Of a stretch of 58,377 bases of DNA, positions 1 to 8,961 are shown piece by piece; the stretch's first letter is position 1; each line of letters begins with the position of its first letter. Made by a program: the position numbers and the translations under genes. Below the pieces are notes generated by a model. It saw only the letters and a list, made by a program, of their open reading frames with translations, was not told where the DNA came from and searched no databases. The DNA comes from an uncultured Rickettsiales bacterium (GTDB taxonomy: Bacteria; Pseudomonadota; Alphaproteobacteria; Rickettsiales; SXRF01): positions 1-58,377 of the forward strand of contig CAZAQK010000001.1 in NCBI GenBank assembly GCA_964487265.1. Reading direction: 5' to 3'.

Positions 1-43
1 TTACGTGCTTTAATCGTAATAGGAACATACGATAAGTCAATCC

Positions 44-595
44 ATGAACGACACTACAACACATAAAGCTTTTACACTAGGCAGGCCGGTCGTGCTGGTC
101 GGGCTGATGGGCGCGGGTAAAACCACCATTGGTCGCAGGCTTGCGCATGCGCTTGGGTTAGAGTTCGTTGATTCCGACCATGAGATCGTGGAAGCCGCCG
201 GTTGCAGCATTGCCGATATATTTGCCATTTACGGCGAAGAGATTTTCCGCGATGTGGAAAAACGCGTGCTGCTTCGCCTCATCACTGGAAAGCCACAGGT
301 GATCGCAACCGGTGGTGGCGCATTTATGAATGCGGAGATACGTGAAGCCATTCTTAATAATGCCTGGTCGGTGTGGCTGAAGGCTGACCTTCCGGTACTG
401 GTGGAGCGCGTATCGCGGCGCGATACACGGCCACTGCTCAAATCCGGTGATAAAGGTGAGATCCTTGGCAAACTGATGGATGAACGCTACCCGACCTATG
501 CACAGGCCAACATCATTATCGACAGCAACGAAGGCGCGCATGAAGTGGTGGTGCAACGCGTGATTGCCGCATTGAAAGACAAAAGCCATGACTGA
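44..595 (+). CDS. aroK: shikimate kinase
   Basis: 183-aa ORF with P-loop GLMGAGKTTIGRRLA and typical AroK size. It overlaps aroB by 8 nt. Confidence 0.93.
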   Translation: MNDTTTHKAFTLGRPVVLVGLMGAGKTTIGRRLAHALGLEFVDSDHEIVEAAGCSIADIFAIYGEEIFRDVEKRVLLRLITGKPQVIATGGGAFMNAEIREAILNNAWSVWLKADLPVLVERVSRRDTRPLLKSGDKGEILGKLMDERYPTYAQANIIIDSNEGAHEVVVQRVIAALKDKSHD

Positions 596-1694
596 AACCA
601 TCCGTGTTGCACTCGGTACGCACAGCTACGATATAATGGTGGGTGAAAACCTGCTGGCTAAAGCGGGCGAGCTTGCGAAAGCGCATATTCCGGCGGGACG
701 TGCCGTCATTATCAGCGACACGAACGTAGCGCGCTTCTGGCTGCACCGTGTGAGTAACGCACTGGAGGCTGTAAAAATCCAGTATCGTTCCATTGTCATT
801 CCTGCCGGTGAACAGAGCAAAAACTTTGCACAGTTCGGTGAATTGCTGGAAAACCTGCTTGCGCAGGCACCCGACCGTAAGACGGTGATCATTGCACTCG
901 GCGGTGGTATGGTCGGCGACCTTGCTGGATTTGCCGCCAGCGTGCTGCTGCGCGGCGTGCCATATATACAGATCCCGACCAGCCTGCTGGCACAGGTGGA
1001 TAGCTCGGTGGGCGGCAAGACCGCCATTAACTCGCAGCATGGGAAAAACCTGATCGGCAGTTTTCACCAGCCTGCGATGGTACTTACCGATGTAGCAACA
1101 CTTTCCACCCTGCCCGCGCGCGAACTGAAAGCCGGCTACAGCGAAATGCTGAAATACGGCCTCATCGGTGATGAGACATTCTTTGCATGGCTGGAGCAGA
1201 ACGGTGAAAAAATACTTAGCGGTGATGCGCCAGCTGCAACGCACGGCATCGTAAAAAGCTGCAGGGCAAAAGCCGCCATCGTTGCAGAAGATGAGAAAGA
1301 GCAAGGCAGGCGCGCACTGCTTAATTTTGGCCACACCTTCGCGCATGCGCTGGAAGCGGAAACCGGCATGGGTGATGCGCTGCTGCACGGTGAAGCCGTT
1401 GCCATCGGCATGCTGCTTGCCATGCGCGCATCCGTACTCATGAAAAAATGCCCGAAAAGCGATTATGATCGGGTGCTTGCACATTATAACAAGACTGGCC
1501 TGCTCTACACATTACCCGCTGGATTCGAATGGAAGCCAGACAGCATTATGGCGCATTTCGCGCATGATAAAAAAGCTGCCTCCGGCAAACCGGCATTCAT
1601 CCTAAGCAATGGAATTGGAAAGACTTTTATCGAAACCAACCCGGATATGGATGCCATACGGCAAGCCCTTGTGGAGGCCTGTGCAACCGTGTAA
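588..1694 (+). CDS. aroB: 3-dehydroquinate synthase
   Basis: 368-aa ORF with GGGMVGDLAGFAA and HGEAVAIGM motifs typical of AroB, in the classic aroK-aroB pair. Confidence 0.93.
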   Translation: MTETIRVALGTHSYDIMVGENLLAKAGELAKAHIPAGRAVIISDTNVARFWLHRVSNALEAVKIQYRSIVIPAGEQSKNFAQFGELLENLLAQAPDRKTVIIALGGGMVGDLAGFAASVLLRGVPYIQIPTSLLAQVDSSVGGKTAINSQHGKNLIGSFHQPAMVLTDVATLSTLPARELKAGYSEMLKYGLIGDETFFAWLEQNGEKILSGDAPAATHGIVKSCRAKAAIVAEDEKEQGRRALLNFGHTFAHALEAETGMGDALLHGEAVAIGMLLAMRASVLMKKCPKSDYDRVLAHYNKTGLLYTLPAGFEWKPDSIMAHFAHDKKAASGKPAFILSNGIGKTFIETNPDMDAIRQALVEACATV

Positions 1695-1695
1695 T

Positions 1696-2229
1696 ATGCC
1701 GCGACCTATGCCGCACCACGCCCAACCTGTGCCCCTAAGCACCACTACCATCCGTAACATGCAGCCTGATGATGTAAATGCCGTAAGCAAACTGGCGGCA
1801 AGTATCTGGCGTGCGCATTATGTGCCGGATATTGTGACTGCAGAGCAGATTGATTATATGCTGCCACGCGTGGCATCGGCTGCAATATTCACTGAACAGC
1901 TTACAGACAGTAACCGCAGATTGTGGGTCGCGCTTCAGGATAATGCACTGGCCGGATATATGGCCGTGCTTAACCAGCCAAACGGTATATGTTTTATCGA
2001 TAAACTGTATGTGGATACCACACTCCAGCGTTCTGGCCTGGGTTTTGCATTACTCAGCCACTGCATTAACACATTGAAGCCAAAACAACTCACACTACGC
2101 GTCAACCGCAAGAATATCAAAGCCATCAATTTTTATTTCAAACATGGTTTTTCCATTGATGCGCTGGATGTGCTGGATATTGGTGACGGATTTGCGATGG
2201 ATGATTTTTTGATGAAACGCGTCTTATGA
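1696..2229 (+). CDS. GNAT family N-acetyltransferase
   Basis: ATG at 1696 lies 1 nt after the aroB stop. It has an acetyl-CoA-binding style segment LQRSGLGFALLSH and a C-terminal NIKAINFYFKHGF motif. The ORF-track start at 1609 overlaps aroB and is unlikely. Confidence 0.8.
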   Translation: MPRPMPHHAQPVPLSTTTIRNMQPDDVNAVSKLAASIWRAHYVPDIVTAEQIDYMLPRVASAAIFTEQLTDSNRRLWVALQDNALAGYMAVLNQPNGICFIDKLYVDTTLQRSGLGFALLSHCINTLKPKQLTLRVNRKNIKAINFYFKHGFSIDALDVLDIGDGFAMDDFLMKRVL

Positions 2230-3527
2230 GTATCGAATCTGAATTATTCTATTATGGCCTGACCATTTTCTTCTTCCTGCTGCTTTCGGCATTTTTCTCC
2301 GCATCTGAAACTGCACTAACTGCCGTCTCCCGCGCCCGTATCTACCAGCTGGTGATGGATGGCAACAAGCGCGCCAGCATCGTAAGCCGATTGCGCCGCA
2401 ACAAGGAATCGCTTATCGGCACGGTATTGCTTGGGAACAATGCCGTGAATATTGCAGCATCCGCACTGGCTACTTCCATATCCATCCAGCTGTTTGGCAG
2501 CGAGGGCGGACTGGTGATGGTTACCATCCTCATGACGCTGCTCGTTGTGATTTTCACGGAAGTATTGCCTAAGACGTACGCTATCCAGAATGCTGAGCGC
2601 GTGGCTTTGGTATTGTCTCCCATTCTATCTGTGCTGGTAAAACTGCTCTACCCCATCACCCGTGTGATACAACTGTTTATCCATCTGATACTCAAAATTT
2701 TTGGCGTGGATATCACTCGCAGCAACACACTTATCTCTGCCACCGATGTGATACGCGGCACCATTGAACTGCATCACCGCGAAGGCCAGATGATCAAACA
2801 GGACCGTGACATGCTCGGCAGTATACTTGACCTGAATGATGTGGAGGTGGATTCCATCATGGTGCACCGCAAACAGGTGGAAACCATCAATGCCGACCTG
2901 CCACCGCACGAGCTCATCCGCCAGGCCGTAAGCACCATGCATAGCCGTATTCCGCTATGGCGCGGCCAGCCGGATAATATCATCGGGCTGCTGCATGTGA
3001 AAAACCTGATCAAGGTCATCAATGATCATCAGGGTGAACTGACACCTAACAATATACTCGCCATCTGCCACAAGCCATGGTTCATCCCCGAAACCACCAC
3101 ACTGCGCGACCAGTTGCTCGCCTTCCGCAGCAAACGCCAGCATTTCGCCTTTGTGGTGGATGAATACGGCACGTGGGAAGGCATCGTGACGCTGGAAGAT
3201 ATCATCGAGGAGATCGTCGGTGATATTGATGATGAGCATGATGAAGCCTATAACGACATTCTCCCTGCCGGACAGGATACCTACCTGGTAGAAGGCAGTG
3301 TCACGGTGCGTGATGTGAACCGCCACCTCGACTGGAACCTGCCGGATGATGACGCGGCGACTGTTGCCGGTCTGCTGCTGCATGAAGCCGAAGCAATTCC
3401 GGCGGTCGGCGAATCGCACGATATTCTTGGACACCGCTTCACTGTGCTTGAAAAAGACGATACACAGATCACACGGATGCGCATTCAGAAGCTTGAAGCA
3501 TCAAAGACCGATCATGACGAGAGATAA
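2226..3527 (+). CDS. tlyC: hemolysin C / CNNM-family protein (DUF21 membrane domain + CBS pair + CorC_HlyC)
   Basis: 433 aa with N-terminal TM helices (SASETALTAVS motif), a CBS region and a C-terminal transporter-associated domain. ATGA overlap with the GNAT stop. Confidence 0.85.
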   Translation: MSIESELFYYGLTIFFFLLLSAFFSASETALTAVSRARIYQLVMDGNKRASIVSRLRRNKESLIGTVLLGNNAVNIAASALATSISIQLFGSEGGLVMVTILMTLLVVIFTEVLPKTYAIQNAERVALVLSPILSVLVKLLYPITRVIQLFIHLILKIFGVDITRSNTLISATDVIRGTIELHHREGQMIKQDRDMLGSILDLNDVEVDSIMVHRKQVETINADLPPHELIRQAVSTMHSRIPLWRGQPDNIIGLLHVKNLIKVINDHQGELTPNNILAICHKPWFIPETTTLRDQLLAFRSKRQHFAFVVDEYGTWEGIVTLEDIIEEIVGDIDDEHDEAYNDILPAGQDTYLVEGSVTVRDVNRHLDWNLPDDDAATVAGLLLHEAEAIPAVGESHDILGHRFTVLEKDDTQITRMRIQKLEASKTDHDER

Positions 3528-3711
3528 ACATGACGGCTACATCATCGAATACACCATACTCGGCGGCAGCATGAAGGTAACCGCATTTGACCAAAAAACC
3601 TTGCGTGAAGCTTCCATTGTTGCATCGCCAAACGCCTCACGTGAAGAAAGCGCGCAGCTTGCCATCCGTAAATTGCAGTATGTCCTGAGAAACAAGGACG
3701 ATAAGGAATGA
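3514..3711 (+). CDS. small conserved hypothetical protein (65 aa)
   Basis: ATG at 3514. The pattern YIIEYTILGGSMKVTAFD...SIVASP...LAIRKL resembles a small alphaproteobacterial family (DUF6898-like, from memory). It overlaps the tlyC end by 14 nt and the PBP start by ATGA. Confidence 0.55.
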   Translation: MTRDKHDGYIIEYTILGGSMKVTAFDQKTLREASIVASPNASREESAQLAIRKLQYVLRNKDDKE

Positions 3712-5780
3712 AGCTCATTAAAAAACTGCGCAAGCTGCTGCCTAAAAAACGCCGCAAGAAACGCGGTGGTTCGCCGCACACCAGGCGCAACACGCCTAAA
3801 ATGGAATCATCCGGCGCACGCAGCCGCGCTGGTTCCAGCAACAGACCGGCACGCCCACGCGCGCGTAAAAAAAGCTGCCTGCGAACACTGATCCGCCATC
3901 GTTACACTAAGCGTGCGGCAATTGCCGGTGGCGTCATACTCATCGGATTTTATATCACACTACCAAGCATCGACGACCTCGACAAATTCACCCGCAACCA
4001 GAGCATTCTGCTTAAGACTGAAAATGGTGAAATCATAGGCAGTTTCGGCGATATCTATGGTGAGTTCACTTCGTTTGCTGAACTTCCCGCCTCGCTGGTG
4101 GATGCCGTCATTGCCACTGAAGACCGCAATTTTTACTGGCATTTTGGCATCGACCCACTTGGGCTGATACGCGCATCCGTTGCCAACTTCCGCGCCGGCC
4201 GCGTGGTGCAGGGCGGCAGCACCATCACCCAGCAGGTTGCCAAAAACGTATTCCTTACGCCGGAACGTTCCATGCTGCGCAAACTGCGCGAAATGCTTCT
4301 GGCATTCAAGCTGGAATATCGCTTCACCAAAGAACAGATCATGAGCATTTACCTGAACCGCGTATATATGGGTGCAGGAAATTATGGTGTTGATGCCGCT
4401 GCACGCCGCTACTTCAACAAAAGTGCACGCGAACTGACGCTTTCGGAATCCGCTATCATTGCAGGCCTGCTCAAGGCCCCTTCCCGTTTTGCACCAACAG
4501 CCAATATCGAACGTTCCCGCAAGCGCGCCGAACAGGTGCTCGTCAATATGCGTGAAGCAGATTATCTCACTGATGAACAGACGAAAAAAGCCATTGCAGA
4601 GTTGCACAAATCAGCTGAGAAAAAAGCCTATACCGCACAAAGCAATTTATATTTCGCTGACTGGATCATGGACCAGATCCCGGAATTCGTTGGTAATGTG
4701 GAAGAAGACCTCGTGGTCATCACCACACTGAATCCCAACATGCAGCTGGCCGGCGAAAAAGCCATCAGCGAGATCATGGATAAGGAAAGCGAGAAATATA
4801 ACGCTTCACAGGCAGCACTTGTCGCCATGACGCCAGACGGCGCGGTGCGCACTATGATCGGTGGCAGGTCATATGCGGAAAGCCAGTATAACCGCGTGTA
4901 TCAGGCACTTCGCCAGCCTGGTTCTTCCTTCAAATTGTTCGTATATCTGGCCGGGCTTGAAGCAGGTTATACACCTGAAACCATAGTTGATGACCAACCG
5001 ATCACCATTCCTATCCATCGCGGCACCTGGCAACCACAGAACTATTCGCATGAATATCTGGGACCTATTCCTTTACGACAGGCCGTGGCGGAATCCATCA
5101 ACACCGTTGCCGTGCAGGTAAGTGAAACCGCAGGGCGCAACCATGTGATCGATGTAGCGCGCCGCCTGGGTATCACATCCGATATGCAGCCAGTGCCGAG
5201 CATCGCGCTTGGTGCAACAGAAGTAAGTCTTCTGCAGCTTACCGCAGCTTATGCGCATCTTGCGGCAAATGGTTCAGTCGTACAACCCTACGGCATCATC
5301 CAGATCTCCACTACATCCGGCACCACGCTGTATCAGCACCAGGCTTCCAGCAGTGCGGTAGTGCTAAGCTCCGATGTGGTGGGCATGATGAACCAGATGT
5401 TGATGGGTGTGGTAAATTCCGGTACTGGCCGCGGTGCTGCCATCGGCAGGCCAGCTGCCGGTAAAACCGGCACCACCTCAGATTACCGTGACGCATGGTT
5501 TATCGGGTTTACGCCGAATCTTGCAACCGGTGTATGGGTAGGGAACGACAACAATACCGCTATGAAAAAAGTCACAGGCGGCACGCTCCCCGCCCCGATC
5601 TGGCGCACATTCATGCAGGCAGCACTCGCTAATGAGCCGGTGCGCAATATCCCGACCGTGGATGTACCATCACGTCTGCCATGGCAGCCGGATATGACAG
5701 GTGGGCAGGAACACGGTGATGAAGGTAGGCGCGATGTAGAGCTGGGCCCAACCTTCTGGAACAAGCTGATGGGCAATTAG
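3708..5780 (+). CDS. mrcA: penicillin-binding protein 1A (bifunctional glycosyltransferase/transpeptidase)
   Basis: 690 aa. GT51 motifs EDRNFYWHFGIDP and GGSTITQQ; transpeptidase motifs SSFK and KTGTT. An unusually basic ~60-aa N-terminal tail precedes the TM helix. Confidence 0.92.
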   Translation: MKLIKKLRKLLPKKRRKKRGGSPHTRRNTPKMESSGARSRAGSSNRPARPRARKKSCLRTLIRHRYTKRAAIAGGVILIGFYITLPSIDDLDKFTRNQSILLKTENGEIIGSFGDIYGEFTSFAELPASLVDAVIATEDRNFYWHFGIDPLGLIRASVANFRAGRVVQGGSTITQQVAKNVFLTPERSMLRKLREMLLAFKLEYRFTKEQIMSIYLNRVYMGAGNYGVDAAARRYFNKSARELTLSESAIIAGLLKAPSRFAPTANIERSRKRAEQVLVNMREADYLTDEQTKKAIAELHKSAEKKAYTAQSNLYFADWIMDQIPEFVGNVEEDLVVITTLNPNMQLAGEKAISEIMDKESEKYNASQAALVAMTPDGAVRTMIGGRSYAESQYNRVYQALRQPGSSFKLFVYLAGLEAGYTPETIVDDQPITIPIHRGTWQPQNYSHEYLGPIPLRQAVAESINTVAVQVSETAGRNHVIDVARRLGITSDMQPVPSIALGATEVSLLQLTAAYAHLAANGSVVQPYGIIQISTTSGTTLYQHQASSSAVVLSSDVVGMMNQMLMGVVNSGTGRGAAIGRPAAGKTGTTSDYRDAWFIGFTPNLATGVWVGNDNNTAMKKVTGGTLPAPIWRTFMQAALANEPVRNIPTVDVPSRLPWQPDMTGGQEHGDEGRRDVELGPTFWNKLMGN

Positions 5781-5915
5781 CTGCCATTATTAGCAATCGC
5801 TTATATAACCTATTATTTAATAACAATTTTCATTGTCATATATACTTATGCGAAACGTCATCAATTAGTCATATTCTTATTATAAAATGGATACTAGTTA
5901 CCATTGGAGGAGTTT

Positions 5916-6197
5916 ATGAAATATTTACTGATTGCCTTGACCTGCATAACATTCACGGTAGGGATTGTATCCACAAGCAACGCGCAAAAAACGGATGCTA
6001 ATCCATTTTTTGATACTGTTGTCACAGATATAACAAACAGATATGCACCACCGACCAGGCCTTATTATGAAAGCAAAACCTGTGAAAGAGCAAACCAGCT
6101 GGGGCAATTTACTGCTCCTCCCGTACGCTGCAGTATAATTCAGTCATCTGTAATACCAGAAATAAGTTCAGGCATTTGCAGATGCACTGTAATATAG
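5916..6197 (+). CDS. small secreted hypothetical protein (93 aa, 4 Cys in mature part)
   Basis: GGAGG lies 6 nt upstream of the ATG at 5916. Signal peptide MKYLLIALTCITFTVGIVSTSNA-Q. Gene and upstream spacer are visibly AT-rich. Confidence 0.6.
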   Translation: MKYLLIALTCITFTVGIVSTSNAQKTDANPFFDTVVTDITNRYAPPTRPYYESKTCERANQLGQFTAPPVRCSIIQSSVIPEISSGICRCTVI

Positions 6198-6228
6198 TTA
6201 TTTAAGTGCACCCTGCTGCAAATAACTT

Positions 6229-6924
6229 TTAGCCATAGGCATAGAGTTCCGAACCGTGACGTTTAAGCCATGCGCGAGAATGCTGCCACTGCGGACAGAG
6301 TGATGCCACTATATCCCAGAACGCCTTGCTGTGATTGAGCTCCACCAGATGCGCAACCTCATGGCACACCACATATTCCAGCACGGGCGGTGGTGCAAAT
6401 GCCAGCCGCCAGGAAAAAGAAAGTTTTGATTCCGTATTGCAACTGCCCCAGTGTGAACCCGTATCGCGCAGGCTGATTTTCTTGATACGTACATCCAGCC
6501 TGGATGCATGCGCATGCGCCAACGGAATAATCGTTTCGGATGCGGATTGTTTTATCCAGTCACGCACGCGCCTGCTTATGAATGCACGGTCGCCATGCAC
6601 CAGCAGCGTATCGCCATCAACACTCACCGTACCGCGACCGCCTACATGCCGGATGGTATAATGTACACCGCATACCGGCACCACGGCACCATCCTCAAAG
6701 GCAATTTTATGTCTATGATGCAACACTTCATGAGCAATCCATTCCTGTTTGCTCTCTAAAAAATCTAAACCTTGCCTGATGGTGGCGTATCGGGGTAGAG
6801 TCAACCCTATTGTGCCGCGCAGTGGTTGATATCGTAACACCATCCGGCGGGCGGTTTTATGGCGGCGGATAAAAACAGGTAGTGTTTGATCATGAATTGC
6901 GATTTTATATTTAGTAATGGTCAT
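6229..6924 (-). CDS. YgjP-like (DUF45/M48-type) zinc metallopeptidase
   Basis: 231 aa with an HExxH site in VVCHEVAHLVELNHSKAFW near the C-terminus, typical of the YgjP/DUF45 family. Confidence 0.8.
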   Translation of the reverse strand: MTITKYKIAIHDQTLPVFIRRHKTARRMVLRYQPLRGTIGLTLPRYATIRQGLDFLESKQEWIAHEVLHHRHKIAFEDGAVVPVCGVHYTIRHVGGRGTVSVDGDTLLVHGDRAFISRRVRDWIKQSASETIIPLAHAHASRLDVRIKKISLRDTGSHWGSCNTESKLSFSWRLAFAPPPVLEYVVCHEVAHLVELNHSKAFWDIVASLCPQWQHSRAWLKRHGSELYAYG

Positions 6925-6989
6925 AGATTCTGCTAATGAGTAGTATTACCATATTCGGCAACCGACAACAGGCAAATCGAAACTGAATT

Positions 6990-8807
6990 ATGCGCTTTCC
7001 ACCTTCATTCATTGAACGCCTGCGAGACCAGATACAGGTATCTGCTGTGGTGGGCAAGCGCATTGCACTCAAAAAACACGGCAGGGAATTTCATGCCTGC
7101 TGCCCCTTCCATAATGAGAAGACACCATCGTTTACCGTGAACGATGAAAAAGGTTTTTACCACTGCTTCGGTTGCGGCGCGCATGGCGATGTCATCGAAT
7201 TCGTCCGTCGTCATGACAGGCTGAGCTACCCCGAAACCATCGAGCGGCTTGCCGCCGATGCCGGTATGGCATTACCAGAACTTTCGCGTGAAGAAACCAG
7301 CAAGATCGAACGCGAAAAAACATTGCATGATGTGCTGGAAGCCGCCTGTGCATGGTTTGAACAGCAACTCGCCGCTACCCATGGCGCAAGTGCGCGTGAA
7401 TATCTCGAGCGTCGCGGCCTGCAGGCAAACACCATGCGCAAATACCGCGCTGGCTTTGCCCCTGATGATCGCACGGCACTTTACAAACATCTGCTGAAGG
7501 CAGGTTTCACAGAAGCCTTGCAGTCGGAAGCTGGTCTCATCAGCATCGGTGAGCAAGGCACAGTGTATGACCGTTTCCGCGGCCGTATCATTTTCCCTAT
7601 CCGCAGTTCGCGCGGCAACATTATTGCATTCGGTGGCAGATTATTTGCCAAAGACACGCAGAAGAATCTGCCGAAATACCTGAACTCGCCGGAAACACCC
7701 CTGTTCAAAAAAGGCGAGATGCTTTTCAATTTTGATCTTGCCAAGCAGCCAGCCCGCAACACCAATATGGTGGTGGTGATGGAAGGCTACATGGATGTCA
7801 TCTCCTGCGTGCAGGCCGGTGTCGACTACGCAGTGGCCACACTCGGCACTGCGGTGACGCCCGAACATCTGAAACTGCTGTGGCAGGTTGCCAAGGAACC
7901 GATCATCTGTCTCGATGGTGATGCCGCCGGCAAACGCGCCATGTTGCGCGCCCTCGATATCTGCCTGCCGCTTCTGGCACCGGGCTTCAGCCTGCGCTTT
8001 GCCATGCTGCCTGCCGGTGAAGACCCTGACAGCTACGTGACGCGTCATGGCAAGGCAGGATTTGAAAAGATCCTGGCGTCATCGCGCCGCCTGTCACAGG
8101 TCATATGGGAGACGCTTGCGCCGCAATATCATCTTGATCTGCCGGAAGGCCGTGCCGCACTCGAAGATGCCTGCCGCCAGCTCTGCGATAAAATCAGCAA
8201 CCAGACCGTGCGCCAGCATTACCTTTCTTACTTCCGTAAACAGCTATGGGAAACCTCATCGCAAACTCCCGGCAAGACAACTGCTGCCAAAGGCAGGTCA
8301 CTGCATGTTGACCGCATGGCGGCACAGGACCGCACCTCGATCTGCGACAAGCTGGTGCAAACCATGTTCCAGCTCATCCTTAAATACCCTAACCTGATGC
8401 ATTCAGGACACCGCGACGAATCCGTCGCCAGCCTCGACATTCGCGATATCCGCCTGCAGGCGGTGCGCGGGGCACTGCTTTCCTCCATCGGCCATGAGGG
8501 ACAGGAAGCTTTTATCGCCAATATACGCTCACACATTCCAGAGGAAGTACTGGCACCGCTACTCAAGGAACCCTTGAAATTGCCTTATCGCGATGATTTA
8601 TCGGAAGAAATTGCCGCCCAGATCTGGGATGAGACCCTCAAGGCCTATCATATAGCCCGCCTTGAACATGAGCTGGAAGAACTCCAGCATGACATGGCCA
8701 AAGCCATGGATGAAAAGGCACTGGAACGCATGGTGCAACTGCAGCACGCCATTAAAAAAGCCCAGTCCGGCCGTACCTTTGCGCCCGCCGAGGCCGATAG
8801 CCTCTAA
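6990..8807 (+). CDS. dnaG: DNA primase
   Basis: 605 aa with the zinc finger CPFHNEKTPSFTV...CFGCGAHGD and the TOPRIM segment VVVMEGYMDV ... CLDGDAAG. It sits upstream of rpoD as in the MMS operon. Confidence 0.95.
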   Translation: MRFPPSFIERLRDQIQVSAVVGKRIALKKHGREFHACCPFHNEKTPSFTVNDEKGFYHCFGCGAHGDVIEFVRRHDRLSYPETIERLAADAGMALPELSREETSKIEREKTLHDVLEAACAWFEQQLAATHGASAREYLERRGLQANTMRKYRAGFAPDDRTALYKHLLKAGFTEALQSEAGLISIGEQGTVYDRFRGRIIFPIRSSRGNIIAFGGRLFAKDTQKNLPKYLNSPETPLFKKGEMLFNFDLAKQPARNTNMVVVMEGYMDVISCVQAGVDYAVATLGTAVTPEHLKLLWQVAKEPIICLDGDAAGKRAMLRALDICLPLLAPGFSLRFAMLPAGEDPDSYVTRHGKAGFEKILASSRRLSQVIWETLAPQYHLDLPEGRAALEDACRQLCDKISNQTVRQHYLSYFRKQLWETSSQTPGKTTAAKGRSLHVDRMAAQDRTSICDKLVQTMFQLILKYPNLMHSGHRDESVASLDIRDIRLQAVRGALLSSIGHEGQEAFIANIRSHIPEEVLAPLLKEPLKLPYRDDLSEEIAAQIWDETLKAYHIARLEHELEELQHDMAKAMDEKALERMVQLQHAIKKAQSGRTFAPAEADSL

Positions 8808-8961
8808 AAATATTAACAAAACCCATTGAAAAAATTAAAAAATGCCCTATTTCTATCGGGTTTAGGGCGCGTGCGCGTGCGCATAGTGCCAAGGTGTTTT
8901 AATCAGGTTGGCAGACGGTGATTTCACACAGCTGACCCTCGGGCGAAAGGGAATACACCAC

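Noticed and set aside
516-1484. Long antisense ORFs opposite well-supported genes: 516-1484 opposite aroB, 9868-10869 opposite rpoD, 17075-18232 opposite pyrD, and many others of 60-230 aa in the track.
   Set aside because: Their translations are low-complexity or Arg/Cys/His-rich with no motifs. They fully overlap genes with unmistakable conserved motifs on the other strand. This is the usual shadow-ORF effect.
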